Shown here: piece after piece, positions 28,717-41,544 of the stretch
Position numbering within the stretch: position 1 is the stretch's first letter
Layout of the letters: each line of letters starts with the position of its first letter
NCBI RefSeq assembly: GCF_006345805.1
Contig: NW_021834294.1
Span: 1 to 50,123 of the forward strand
Source of the DNA: Octopus sinensis
Lineage: Eukaryota
Reading direction: 5' to 3'
Length of the DNA: 50,123 nt
Made by a program: the position numbers and the translations under genes
Notes under the pieces: model-generated
Databases searched by the model: none
Seen by the model: the letters and a program-made list of their open reading frames with translations, nothing else
What the model was told of the DNA's origin: nothing

Positions 28717-30557
28717 ATTCATAAGTAATTCTAAAGGGTGAATGTTCTGTACAACAAATATGGTCTTTAATCATTAATTCTATAATTTCTCCTCTTTTCG
28801 TTTTTGTATGAAAATTCTTTGATGTTTTTTTTTCGTGTGTGTGAAAGACCTAAAAATGGTGGTTATGTCTGGTAGTTAAAAGGATGTGGTGGTAGTGGTG
28901 GTGAGGTTAATATATTTCGCGTACTAACTTCTTGAAAAGTGTAAGTCGATTACACCGACCCCAGTACACAACTAGTACTTATTTTATCGACCCCGTAAGG
29001 ATGAAAGGTAAAATCGACTTCGGGTGAATTTGAACCCAGAACGTAGAGACGCACGAAATGCCGCTAAAGTTTCTGCCAGCTCACCGCCAAAATAATAATA
29101 ACAATGGTTTCAAATTTTGCTACAACAACACCAACAACAGCAGTGGATGCGCAATGGCCCAGTGGTTAGGGCAGCAGACGCGCGGTCGTAAGAATGCGGT
29201 TTCGATTCCCAGACCGGGCATTGTGAGTGTTTATTGAGCAAAAACACCTAAGCTCCACGACGCTCCGGCGGGGAAGGGTGGTGAACCCCACTGTACTCTT
29301 TCACCACAACTTTCTCTCACTCTTTCTTCCTACTTCTGCCACAAAGCAGAGGAACCATGGTGTAACCCACTATGGTGTGGTAAAACTTTCAGACCCTAGT
29401 CTAGATTGCGAATCCTCTGTACCCCAGAATGGTTCAGCTCTCCACCCGTTAAAAACCACCGTTTATGGAATGAGGATAACAACGCAGCTTTCGCGCCCGT
29501 GCAACTGCCAGTCTATCGCGTGTGGTGGGTGGATCTTCAAGTTGCCACACGCATTCTTAGTAGCTTAGAGTAGGCTCGAATTAGAGATTATTCTTTGTGG
29601 CTAATGGCGTGAGTCCAGACTGGAATAATAATAATAATAATAATAATAAGAAGAAGAAGAAGAAGAAGAAGAAGGCAGCATCAAGGACAGCTGCAACAAC
29701 TTCAAGATTAACAACAACAATAGCAACAGTTCCAAGAGTAGCAGAAATAACATCAACCAAAACAGCAGCACTTTGAAGACATTACATAATGCAGAAAAAA
29801 AAAGAGACGTGAAGTCTCGAAGAAATCTATAAAATCTTGTGAGAAGCTCGACCGAGAATTAAAAATTTATACAAAAACAGACGACAAGAGAGAGGAAAAA
29901 GTTGAAGAACACAGGAGCTGATAGAGAAATGCGACCAGTTTGCTCGTTATCTGAATTATTTTTAGAAAAACAAATAGAAAATTGCTATGACAGAGATGGA
30001 ACAGAATGCGAAGACAGTTAGCTATTTTGTATATTACCACAACTACCAAGGGATTAATGGCAAAAGGCCGTCAAATTTAGTGTTGCTAACAACTGCGATT
30101 AGTTCAAAACAGTCCAGTGAGCGGTTTTTGTTTTTATTTACGTCCACAACAGCGCTTTCTTTCTCTAAATCAGCTTACATGTGACTATCAGTAAGTCTGC
30201 ATGTGTTTTCAAGGAGATTTGTGAAAGAAGATAACGAGTTGTTGTTGTTGTTGGAGGTGGTGACGGTGGTGATGCGTGTGTCTGGGGGTGTTATATGAAA
30301 CGTGGCAGAATTATTTCTCAATGGTTAGTGTTGTCCGAGTTCTTCAGGCCGCCGTCGCAGAAACTAAACAGGAAGTCACAATTAATCAAAGAACAACAAA
30401 CATGAGGTGGTAGTTTATTTTTTCACAGTCTACATATAACCTGTTTCTCATATCTGTTCGAGCATTTGACAGCTATCATTGGACTATTTTCATTAGTTGG
30501 ATTATGATGATTTCATTTTTGATAAACAGCCACAGTTTATTATTATTTGACAGAATC

Positions 30558-31078
30558 AAGGCGATGAGCTGGCGGAATCGTTAGCACGTTATGTTCTGAG
30601 TTCAAATTCTGCCAAGGTCGACCTTGCTTTTCGTCCTTTCGGAGTTGATAAATTAAGTACCAATTTCTTTACTGCCCACAAGGGACTAAACACAGAGAGG
30701 ACAAACAAGGACAGACAAACGGATTAAGTCGATTACATTGACCTCAGTGTGTAACTGGTACTTAATTTATCGACCCCGAAAGGATGAAAGGTAAAGTCGA
30801 CCTCGGCGGAATTTGAACTCAGAATGTAGCCGCAGACGAAATACCTATTTCTTTACTACCCACAAACGGCTAAACACAGAGGGGACAAACAAGAACAGAC
30901 AAACGGATTAAGTCGATTACATCGACCCCAGTGCATAACTGGTACTTAATTTAGCAAACCCCGAAAGGATGAAAGGCAAAGTCGACCTCGGCGGAATTTG
31001 AACTCAGAACGTAACGGCAGACGAAATACCGCTAAGCATTTCGCCCGGCGCGCTAACGTTTCTGCCAGCTCGCCGTCT
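30558..31078. mobile_element. Family B SINEs: partial (+) abutting a dimer (-)
   Basis: Sequence matches to family B. Confidence 0.8.
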
Positions 31079-31857
31079 TATCACCATTATTATTTTCATA
31101 TCTAGACCTAAAGCAGATCGTGATCGATGACGAGTTGTTTCATTCAGTTCAGTTATGCCACCGTTATCCTTTTTTCATCGTATCAATCTGATTATACAAG
31201 GTATTGATACTTTCCATTAAGGTATCGGCAAGGGAATCATGATCTTTTAGCCATGTCACAAAAAAAAAAGCAAAACAAAACAAACAAACAAAAATCAAAA
31301 TCGCCAGTAATCAGCTTCTAAAACATAACCTTCATGCTTTTCGATTCCCCCACCAACTCTCTTTTTGCATCTTCTCTATACAATTATTTCCTCGTAAACA
31401 ACATTAAAAAGAATTTTTTTCTTTTGTCAAATACGTAACCAAAGAAAGATAATATTTGTTTTAGCTTCATATTTTCCGAAATGTTTTTTAATACGAAAGC
31501 AAATAGTTCACATCACAGCGAATCATACAAATGTGTTGTGATCCCGGATGACAAAATGGCAGATGCGTTACAAATCCAAAGGCAACATATGTTGTTGATA
31601 GGTCCAAATATAGTTTCTTCATAACCAGAGATTAGAGGTTGTATTAAATGGAAGAATGCAGGTTCATTTGGATGAAAGGAACTAATGTAGAAGTGAGCAA
31701 TAAAATAGTAAGATATTAACGAGTTCACTCTTTTAATATTCGTATATGACATTTTTCGCTAAACGCTTGGGGTTCCCTGCTCTACACAGCTTCATTGCTT
31801 ATTAGAAAAAGCAATTGAATTTACCTTGAATCAATCCCTACATCAATCAAAAGGAGA

Positions 31858-32270
31858 TACTCTTTTATTCTTTTGCTTCAGTCGTTTGACCGCGGCCATA
31901 CTGGAGCACCACCTTTAGTCGAGCAAATCGTACCCCAAGACTTATTCTTTGTAAGCCTAGTACTTATTCTATCGGTCTCTTTTGCCGAACTGCTAAGTTA
32001 CGGGGACGTAAACACACCAGCATCGGTTGTCAAGCGATGTTGGTGGGGGGGACAAACACAGACACACAAACATATACACACGCATAAATATATCTATACA
32101 TATATATGACGGGCTTCTTTCAGTTTCCGTCTACCGAATCCACTCACAAGGCTTTGGTCGGCCCGAGGCTATAGTAGAAGACACTTGCCCAAGGTGCCAC
32201 GCAGTGGGAATGAACCCGGAACCATGTGGTTGGTAAGCAAGCTACTTATCACACAGCCACTCCTGCGCCA
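31858..32270 (-). mobile_element. Family A SINE, full length
   Basis: Reverse-complement match to family A. Confidence 0.85.
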
Positions 32271-33527
32271 CATTAACAGATATAACAGAGGATATATATT
32301 AGAAATTGGAGAAATAAATAAATTGATAAATAGTATCCCCAATAACGGGGCAGTCTACATAGGGTAATTCGAGGTAAACCCACGCAAAAATTCCGGATTT
32401 TTCTGCCATTCCCAAAGAACGGGAAAGTACCCTCTTCCAGTTTTCTTTCCTCCTGCTTAAAAAAAGATACTCAGAATCAGTCCATTCGGTCTCACCAGTC
32501 TTGCCACTGTCGGCCATCTTTTGATAAACACACTAGAGGGCAGCACTTCCTTCTCTACCCTCACCTTCCTGTTCAAATGGTATTTGAAGAAAATGAGGAG
32601 GGCATAACCAGACAGGAAAGTGCTTGTCTTCAAACCTATCAGACGGGTTCACCACATACCATCTTTAGTCACAGCCACTAAGCAGAGAAATATCTGCGCT
32701 CCTCCTCTGTTAAGGGAAGGTAGTGCGCCGGTCTTCGCTATACACTCACCAGACAGCTGAATTCGTCTTATACGCGACCGCAGCTGCTCCACCCCAGCCC
32801 ACAGCTCTCTAATGCACGGACACTGAATTGTATTGCATGCAGGACGGTTTCGTCTCCTCCCTGCATACATCTTGCGCAGGCTCGGCTGTTGGCACTTCCC
32901 TGCCTGAAAGAGCTTGTCTCGAGCAAGCAATGCCTCCTGTAGCACTAATAATAATAATAATAATAATAATAATAGCAACAACAACAGCAGCAACGACGAC
33001 AACAACAACAACAACAACAATAATAATAATATGGGCCCCACCTGCAAGGTCATGTGCTGTTTATCTTGATATGAGATCACCATGTTGCGCACATATGGTT
33101 GTGATGCATGTGTCTGGTGTACCCTTATCAGACGGGTAGTCATGATGGCACTTTGTATATTTTACCCCAGTGTCACTTTGATGGCATGCACTGCTCTCTC
33201 ACTCAATAATAATAATAATAATGACGATGATGATGATGATTTCTTTATTAACCGTAAGGGTTTACATGAAGAAAAATATTATGGACAGCACAGGACAGAA
33301 CAAAGAATATGAATGTGTGTATGTGTATGTGTGTGAGTTTGTGTAGCTGTGGGGTTTTTTTCGTGTAAGCAAGACTAATAAAGTTTAATTATAATAATGA
33401 TGATGATAATAATAATAATAATCAACAGGAACACATAAAAAGAAGTTTAATGAAATACTAGCAGAGCGAGAGACAATGTCTGAATGGCGCACGAAAGGAA
33501 AAACACTATCCTTGTAAAGACAAACAA

Positions 33528-34124
33528 AATACCTATTTTTTTACTACCCACAAGGGGCTAAACACAGAGGGGACAAATAAGGACAGATAAAGGCATTAAG
33601 TTGATTACATCGACCCCAGTGCGTAACTAGTACTTAATTCATCGACCCCAAAAGGATGAAAGGCAAAGTCGACCTCGGCGGAATTTGAACTCAGAACGTC
33701 GTGGCAGACAAAATACCTATTTCTTTACTACCCACAAGGGGCTAAACACAGAGGGGACAAACATGGACAGGCAAAAGGATTAAGTCGATTAGATCGACCA
33801 CAGTTCGTAACTGGTACTTAATTCATCGACCCCGAAAGGATGAAAGGCAAAGTCGACCTCGGCGGAATTTGAACTCAGAACGTAGCGGCAGACAAAATAC
33901 ATATTTCTTTACTACCCACAAGGGGCTAAACACAGAGGGGACAAACATGGACAGGCAAAAGGATTAAGTCGATTAGATCGACCACAGTTCGTAACTGGTA
34001 CTTCGACCCCAAAAGGATGAAAGGCAAAGTCAACCTGGGCAGAATTAGAACTCAGAACGTAGCGGCAGACGAAATACCGCTCAGCATTTCGTCCGGCATG
34101 TTAACGATTCTGCCAGCTCGCCGC
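33528..34124 (-). mobile_element. Family B SINE trimer
   Basis: Three units, periods about 183, 184 and 177 bp. Confidence 0.85.
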
Positions 34125-34308
34125 TTTACAAGAGAACAATATTAAATGTACTTTCAAAATTGTAAACGAAGTCTGGCATTGGAGAAAAAATGAGTTTCTA
34201 CCTTTTTCTCTTAAACTATGTCGCATTTTTATTATGAATTTTTAGAAAATTTAATATGATTTTAGCCGTGAGTATGCATAGGCGCAGGAGTGGCTGTGTG
34301 GTAAGTAG

Positions 34309-35025
34309 GGAATATTCATACGGCACAGAATGTTTTTTTTTACCTCAATAGACGTCATTGATTGGTTGAAATTGCAGAAAAAAAACAACAAATATCTTAC
34401 AAACCATAGAATTTTCTCAATAAAGCCAAGAGAAAAAGATGTTTTATAAACACATTCTACCAGTATGACAAAGTTTAAAATTTTTTAGTTACCTGGAAAT
34501 TATGTTAAAAACTGCCTTTAAACCGAAAAGATCCGAGTGTGTTTATATGTACACACACACACTTATTATTATACTGCTTTATCTGGGCAGACACTTGTCA
34601 TTAGTACATTGTCCGAACTTCACAAGACATGTCTGATATATGTCGGATTAAATATTTAAACGCTTGAAATGTCATTATTTTAATCCTAGAAATAAATCTT
34701 TCAAAAATGATGATGTCTGTTAACATTTTAGATATCTGAATGAATGAATGAATGAATGAATGAATGAATGTATGTATGTATGTATGTATGTATGTATGTA
34801 TGTATGTATGTATGTATGTATGTATGTATGTATGTATGTATGTGTCCCTCGTTTAAGAAACAGATTGGGTTTATTTACATTTGTGAAGAAAAAAAGATAC
34901 CCTTCCCCCCACCCCTAACCCTAAAACAGATTGAAATGCAATAGATCGATACTAGGGTCATAATTATGGGTGACAATTTCATATGACACCGCTAGAAAAA
35001 ACTGCCGTTCACACCGAAAAGATCC
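34309..35025. mobile_element. Two partial copies of the same MITE (34309-34534, about 34843-35025)
   Basis: Each ends in CCGAAAAGATCC. Confidence 0.8.
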
Positions 35026-35374
35026 TTGTATGTATATATGTATGTGTTTATGTATGTATGTGTGTTTGTTTGCATGTATGTATGTATGTATACTTTCATT
35101 TTGTTACTTATTTCAGTCATTTGGCTGTGGCCATGCTGGAGCACCGTCTTTAGTCGAACAAATCGACCCCAGGACTTATTCTCTGTAAGCTTAGTACTTA
35201 TTCCATAGGTCTCTTTTCCCGAGCCGCTAAGTTACGGGGACGTAAACACATCAACACCGATTGTCAAGTGATGGTGAGTGGACAAACACAGGCTCACAAA
35301 TACACACACACACACACACACGCACGCACACACACACATATATATATATATACGACGAACCTATATATATATAT

Positions 35375-35684
35375 ACGTTAATCTCCTTAATTTTTTCTCT
35401 CATGTTTTTTTGCAATTGGTTGGTAAATTTGCGGAATTTAATTTTCCTAATAATCTCGAAAAGGTCTTTCTCGAAGGCTTCTAATTCCGGAATCGGTGGC
35501 GGGTTTCTGGGAGATTTAAATCCATATTTGTTACCTTCTATTTTCTGTTTATTATCAAAGAAGAAGGCTTTCCATCTCAGTCTTCTAATAAACTCTTCCG
35601 TTTTCTCTATAAGACCTTGATATATTGTTTCTGTGCAGGGATAGGTATATTTTTCTGAGAAAAATCCAGCGGGTAAAGTTCCAT
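35375..35684 (-). pseudogene. N-terminus of the Penelope ORF in the inverted arm
   Basis: Minus strand reads MELYPLDFSQKNIPIPAQKQYIK / (frameshift) LIEKTEEFIRRLRWKAFFF...YGFKSPRNPPPIPELEAFEKDLFEII, resembling the N-terminal KNIPIP..RWKAFFF..YGFKS signature of this PLE group. Confidence 0.8.
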
Positions 35685-35851
35685 CTTTTTCAGCTGTTTG
35701 TTCTTCCTACTTGTGCAGAGTCGCTCAAACTTTTACAAGGAGCGGGTTAGACCGGAGTAAACACATAAATGTGAAACAAGGTGGAAAAAAGAGTACTCAA
35801 ATACCAGTGGTAGAGTAATATGCTTTATTTTAAGCAGCAGAGAAAATTCAA

Positions 35852-35901
35852 CAAAATCTGTTACTCTGAGTTTCTCGTTGCCGTTCATCAGACAGTTTTT
35901 G
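35852..35901 (-). ncRNA. Minimal type I hammerhead ribozyme in PLE pLTR
   Basis: Minus strand CAAAAACTGT-CTGATGA-ACGGCAACGA-GAAA-CTCAGA-GTA-ACAGATTTTG: full core, stem I, stem III ACTC/GAGT, very short stem II with GCAA loop. Confidence 0.7.
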
Positions 35902-37020
35902 CTAGAATGGAACATATATATTAATTCAATCTATACTCTTACAAACGCTACACCTTTAAAAAGAAATGGACTTGTTTGATTGGCCCTTTAGAAAAAACGG
36001 TCAATCTTCGAGCGATAAACAAAAAGGTCAAAAATATATGTATATATATATAAAAAAACTTATAAAAATTATAAAAATTATAAAATCCGAGGAAAAACCG
36101 AGGAAAAAACCTATTGCCGTTAATGAAGACAGTACAAATTAATGCATAGAAATTAAACCTGTTATAAATACTGCAATACATATTTATATTAAAATCCACA
36201 TATATATATCAACATACACAAAAGGATGCGCGTAAACGCCATACATACATATACAGACGTATGAATATGAATCTAAATTATACACATAAAAGCATGTGTA
36301 CATATATTCACGCAAACCGTCTCGCACGCAAGCTAAAATTCATCTATGTAGCAATTCTCATATACTGAGCAAGGAGGGGGAACGAAAGAAAGGAAAGAGA
36401 GAAAAAGGAACGAAAGAGGGGTGGGGGGGAAACTTGTAGCGATGTTATTGGCATCTATAGAGGCCAGTATACATACACAAGTTTGAATTGATACATATAA
36501 CATACCGTCGTGTGTATGCGTGCTTAAGCACAAGCATACTTTCACTTACACATACACAGATACGCATGCTTACAAATACATATGCTTTGCTATACACAAA
36601 CTTATATAAACATTCTAAATTTGACAACATTGCTTTTTTTAAAAAAAATGCTTTTAAAAAAAATGGGTGCATTAAAAAAATATATACGAAAGACATATAA
36701 AATAAAATATAACATCCTATTTTGGGTCATTTATAAATAATCAAGGTAATATAAATAATCAAGGTAATCCTATGCAATACAATAACATGAAAACAAAGTT
36801 TGTAGGTTTTTCCTAATATATATGTAGAAACAATAAGACTTTGCTATAGATCCGTCGTAGCGCTTAAGAGTCAAAATCAAAATCAAAAATCAAAATACAA
36901 AATATATACTCTATCCATATGGTATATTTATATTCGACATTTTAAATTTAGCCGCGTGCCTACATAAGTTCATTAACTCACTTCTTTGATTCAAAGAATT
37001 ATTGTCTTTGAATAATATAG

Positions 37021-38711
37021 GTGAACTTAGAAGCAAGAGGAATAGCTAACGATCTTAAGATTAGCGATAGGATTGAATACCTTTCACCACGACCAGCTTT
37101 TATTACTCTGAAAGACCATAAAGACAATTTTAGTAGAAACCCCAAATGTAGGTTGATAAATCCGGCTAAAACTGAGATAGGAATTATTAGCAAAAATATT
37201 TTGGACCGTATTTTAGTTAAGTTAGATAGTGAAGTAGACTTGAGAATTTGGAAGAATAGTAAGTCAGTTATAGAGTGGTTTAAAGGTATTAGCTATAAGA
37301 ATAATTGTAGTTTCACACAATTCGACATTATTGACTTTTACCCGTCGATATCTAGGACGTTGCTCCTAAGGGCATTGGACTTCGCCAAGCAGTATGTCAA
37401 CATCGATAGCTCGGAAATTGAAATTATTATGCATGCGAGGAAATCGCTTCTGTTTTTCGAGGATTCCACCTGGATTAAGAAGACTGAGGATTCTCTTTTC
37501 GATGTACCGATGGGGGCATACGACGGGGCTGAATTATGTATGCTCATAGGAGCCTTATTCTCCATAATCTAAAAATAGAATTCCCATTTATAGATGCAGG
37601 TCTATATAGGGATGACGGCCTTATAGCCACGCATAATCTAAACGGCCATGAATCAGATAGACTTAGGAAGGACCTTATAGCTTTCTTTCAAAGGATGGGC
37701 TTACGGATTACGATAGATACTAACCTGAATAGTGTAGATATTTTAGACGTAAATTTTAATGTAAGATCGGATAGATTTAAACCTTTCCGTAAGCCCAATG
37801 AAAAGCTATCGTATATTAGCAAAGATTCGAACCATCCACCAGTTATCCTTAGCAACTTAGTCAGCAATGTAGGTAGAAGAATATCTTCAATTTCTTCGGA
37901 CGAGGCAGCATTCCATAATGCTGCACCTTATTACGATAGCGCATTAAAGAATAGTGGATTCTCGGAGAAGATCCAGTTCAACCAGCTTAATGCTAATAAT
38001 AATGCTGCACGAAGAACTAGGACCAGGAAAGTTTTGTGGTTCAACCCGGCTTTCAATTTGGCCGTAAAGACTAATATAGGTAAGGAATTTTTGAGATTAG
38101 TCTCTAAGCATTTTAAGCAGGGTCATAAATTCTACAGAATATTTAATAGAAGAACCCTGAAGGTTAGCTATTCTTGTTGCAGAAATTTCGCCTCTTACAT
38201 TAGCCAACATAATAGGAAGCTAATTGAGATTAGACATGGTGCCGAGCCCATTAAGAAATGTAATTTCAAAAACGAAAGCTCCTGTCCGTTAGAAGGGAAA
38301 TGTCTAGTGAAAGGAGTAGTTTATAGAGCCAAGGTGCAAGTGGAAGGCTCATCGGAATACAAGACATACACAGGGGCTTCAGAAAATTCATTTAAAACAA
38401 GATTTTATTCTCATAAGAATTCTTTTAAATACCCAGAGAATAGGAAGAAAACCAGCCTAGCAAAATATGTCTGGGAACTAAAAGAAAAGGAAGCCCCACC
38501 TTTCAACGTGACATGGAGCATTCTGGACAGGGCGGCACCATACAGGCATGGAGCTTACAAATATAATTTCAAGTGCAAGCTTTGCTTATTAGAAAAAATG
38601 CACATATTATTCAAAGACAATAATTCTTTGAATCAAAGAAGTGAGTTAATGAACTTATGTAGGCACGCGGCTAAATTTAAAATGTCGAATATAAATATAC
38701 CATATGGATAG
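37021..38711 (+). pseudogene. Penelope-type reverse transcriptase + GIY-YIG endonuclease, 5'-truncated, one frameshift near 37553
   Basis: RT motifs FDIIDFYPSI, MGAYDGAELC, YRDDGL. PLE C-terminal motifs WFNPAFN, IFNRRTLKVSYSC, CPLEGKCL, GVVY..TYTG (GIY-YIG), CKLCLLEK, NQRSEL...CRH. Restoring 1 nt joins ORFs 37021-37572 and 37536-38711. Confidence 0.93.
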
Positions 38712-39711
38712 AGTATATATTTTGTATTTTGATTTTTGATTTTGATTTTGACTCTTAAGCGCTACGACGGATCTATAGCAAAGTCTTATTGTTTCTATTA
38801 GGAAAAACCTACAAACTTTGTTTTCATGTTATTGTATTGCATAGGATTACCTTGATTATTTATATTACCTTGATTATTTATAAATGACCCAAAATAGGAT
38901 GTTATATTTTATTTTATATGTCTTTCGTATATATTTTTATTAATGCACCCATTTTTTTTAAAAGCAATGTTTTTTTAAAAAAAGCAATGTTGTCAAATTT
39001 AGAATGTTTATATAAGTTTGTGTATAGCAAAGCATATGTATTTGTAAGCATGCGTATCTGTGTATGTGTAAGTGAAAGTATGCTTGTGCTTAAGCACGCA
39101 TACACACGACGGTATGTATATGTATCAATTCAAACTTGTGTATGTATACTGGCCTCTATAGATGCCAATAACATCGCTACAAGTTCCCCCCCACCCCTCT
39201 TTCGTTCCTTTTTCTCTCTTTCCCTTTCTTTCGTTCCCCCTCCTTGCTCAGTATATGAGAATTGCTACATAGATGAATTTTAGCTTGCGTGCGAGACGGT
39301 TTGCGTGAATATATGTACACATGCTTTTATGTGTATAATTTAGATTCATATTCATACGTCTGTATATGTATGTATGGCGTTTACGCGCATCCTTTTGTGT
39401 ATGTTGATATATATATGTGGATTTTAATATAAATATGTATTGCAGTATTTATAACAGGTTTAATTTCTATGCATTAATTTGTACTGTCTTCATTAACGGC
39501 AATAGGTTTTTTCCTCGGTTTTTTCCTCGGATTTTATAATTTTTATAATTTTTATAAGTTTTTTTATATATATATACATATTTTTGACCTTTTTGTTATC
39601 GCTCGAAGATTGACCGTTTTTTCTAAAGGGCCAATCAAACAAGTCATTTCTTTTTAAAGGTGTAGCGTTTGTAAGAGTATAGATTGAATTAATATATATG
39701 TTCCATTCTAG

Positions 39712-39795
39712 TCGGGGAGGAGGTTAGATGAGGAGGGGAGAGGGGGGTTAGATGAGGAGGGGAGGGAGGGGGGTTAGATGAGGAGGGGGAGAGTT
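39712..39795 (+). repeat. G-rich minisatellite GGTTAGATGAGGAGGGG x3
   Basis: Three copies visible immediately after the PLE end. Confidence 0.85.
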
Positions 39796-39844
39796 GAGAC
39801 CAAATGGCGTATAAGAGCGATATATATATATATATACATATAAT

Positions 39845-39877
<33 letters not shown>

Positions 39878-40063
39878 CTCGGATGTAGATTCGCCTCACT
39901 TCAGTAATACGTATCCTTTCTGTCTCCAGAAAGATAAATTCATTCTCTTACGTAGTTTTCTTCGTAAACAGTCACAATCTTACTTTCTTTGTCAATTCTC
40001 TCCTTTTATTTCTTCTCTTTTCTCCTTCTTTTCTATCTTTCCATCCTCCCCTCGCCCCTGTCT

Positions 40064-40109
<46 letters not shown>

Positions 40110-40434
40110 CACTGAAGAAGTATTATTTATAACCCTCTTTCATATCAAAGATAAATCGCTTCCTCTTACCTATTGGAGATACATCAACAGATAGGCGCCG
40201 AATATTTAATAATGAAATCCAAGCGATCGCAAACTTTATAGAGAGAATGCGACAAAACTGACGGCTGGGAGAAATTTGCCTCATCTTCATGACACAGGTT
40301 ATTGATGATCAATCTTTACCCAGTGATCTAATTGGGAAGATTGTTCAGGGATATGGATTCCACATGGCGATTGCTCAAATAGTGAGAAAGACCAAACAAC
40401 AAATTTACACGTCCGTAGCGCAAGTCATATTTGA

Positions 40435-40836
40435 ATCTCTTTTACTCTTTTACTTCTTTCAGTCTTTTGACTGCGGCCATGCTGGAGCAACGTCTTTTAG
40501 TCGAGCAAATCGAACCCAGGACTTAGTCTTTGTAAGCCAAGTACTTATTCTATCGGTCTCTTTTGCCGAACCGCTAAGTTACAGGGACGTAAACACACCG
40601 GCATCGGTTGTCAAGCGATATTGGGTGGACAAACACAGACACACAAACATATACATACACATACATATATATACATATATATGACGGGCTTCTTTCAGTT
40701 TCCGTCTACCAAATCCACTCACAAGGCTTTTGTTGGCCCGAGGCTATAGTAGAAGACACTTGCCCAAGGTGCCACGCAGTGAGACTGAACCCGGAACCAT
40801 GTGGTTCGTAAGCAAGCAACTTACCACACAGCCACT
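40435..40836 (-). mobile_element. Family A SINE
   Basis: Reverse-complement match to family A. Confidence 0.85.
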
Positions 40837-40948
40837 AAGAACGATTTGTGAAATGAGAGAGGAAGTACAAGGAAGTACAAAGACAGACACAAGCATTGGA
40901 AATCGCATAGATTTTGCTGATGTGTGGAAGGACTTCTATAGTATCTAT

Positions 40949-41544
40949 GCAAGCTGGCAGAAACGTTAGCACGCCAGGCGAAATGCATAGCTGTATATCG
41001 TCTGCCGTTACGTTCTGAGTTCAAATTCCGTCAAGGTCGACTTTGCCTTTCATCCTTTCGGGGTCGATAAAATTAAGTACCAGTTACACATTGGGGTCGA
41101 TGTAATCGACTTAATCCGTTTGTCTGTCCTTGTTTGTCCCCTCTGTGTTTAGCCCCTTGTGAGTAGTAGAGAAATAGGTATTTCGTCTGCCGCTACGTTC
41201 TGAGTTCAAATTCCGCCGAGGTCGACTTTACCTTTCATCCTTTCGGGGTCGATAAATTAAGTACCAGTTACGCACTGGGGTCAATGTAATCGACTTAATC
41301 CCTTTGTCTGTCCTTGTTTGTCCCTTCTGTGTTTAGCCCCTTGTGGGTAGTAAAGAAATAGGTATTTCGTCTGCCGCTATGTTCTGAGTTCAAATTCCGC
41401 CGAGGTCGACTTTGCCTTTCATCCTTTCGGGGTCGATAAATTAAGTACTAGTTACGCACTGGGGTCAATGTAATCGACTTAATCCGTGTGTCTGTCCTTG
41501 TTTGACCAATGTGTTTAACTCCTTGTGGGCAATATAAAAATAAG
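40949..41544 (+). mobile_element. Family B SINE trimer
   Basis: Unit starts at 40993, 41178 and 41362 (184-185 bp period). Confidence 0.85.

Larger units (their letters stand above)
35375..39711 (+). mobile_element. Penelope-like retroelement (PLE): 5'-truncated sense copy plus inverted pLTR/5'-ORF arm
   Basis: RT and GIY-YIG coding region 37021-38711. 35902-37018 is the near-perfect reverse complement of 38604-39711. The inverted arm continues through a hammerhead into the ORF N-terminus. Confidence 0.93.

Noticed and set aside
29650-30196. Low-complexity AAC/AGC-rich stretch ending in a CAGTAAGT donor-like site, considered as globin exon 1
   Set aside because: No frame gives globin A/B-helix sequence; it could be UTR but is unsupported.
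34155-34250. Peptide FKIVNEVWH resembling a globin A helix
   Set aside because: The frame ends in a stop with no phase-2 donor and no B-helix similarity.
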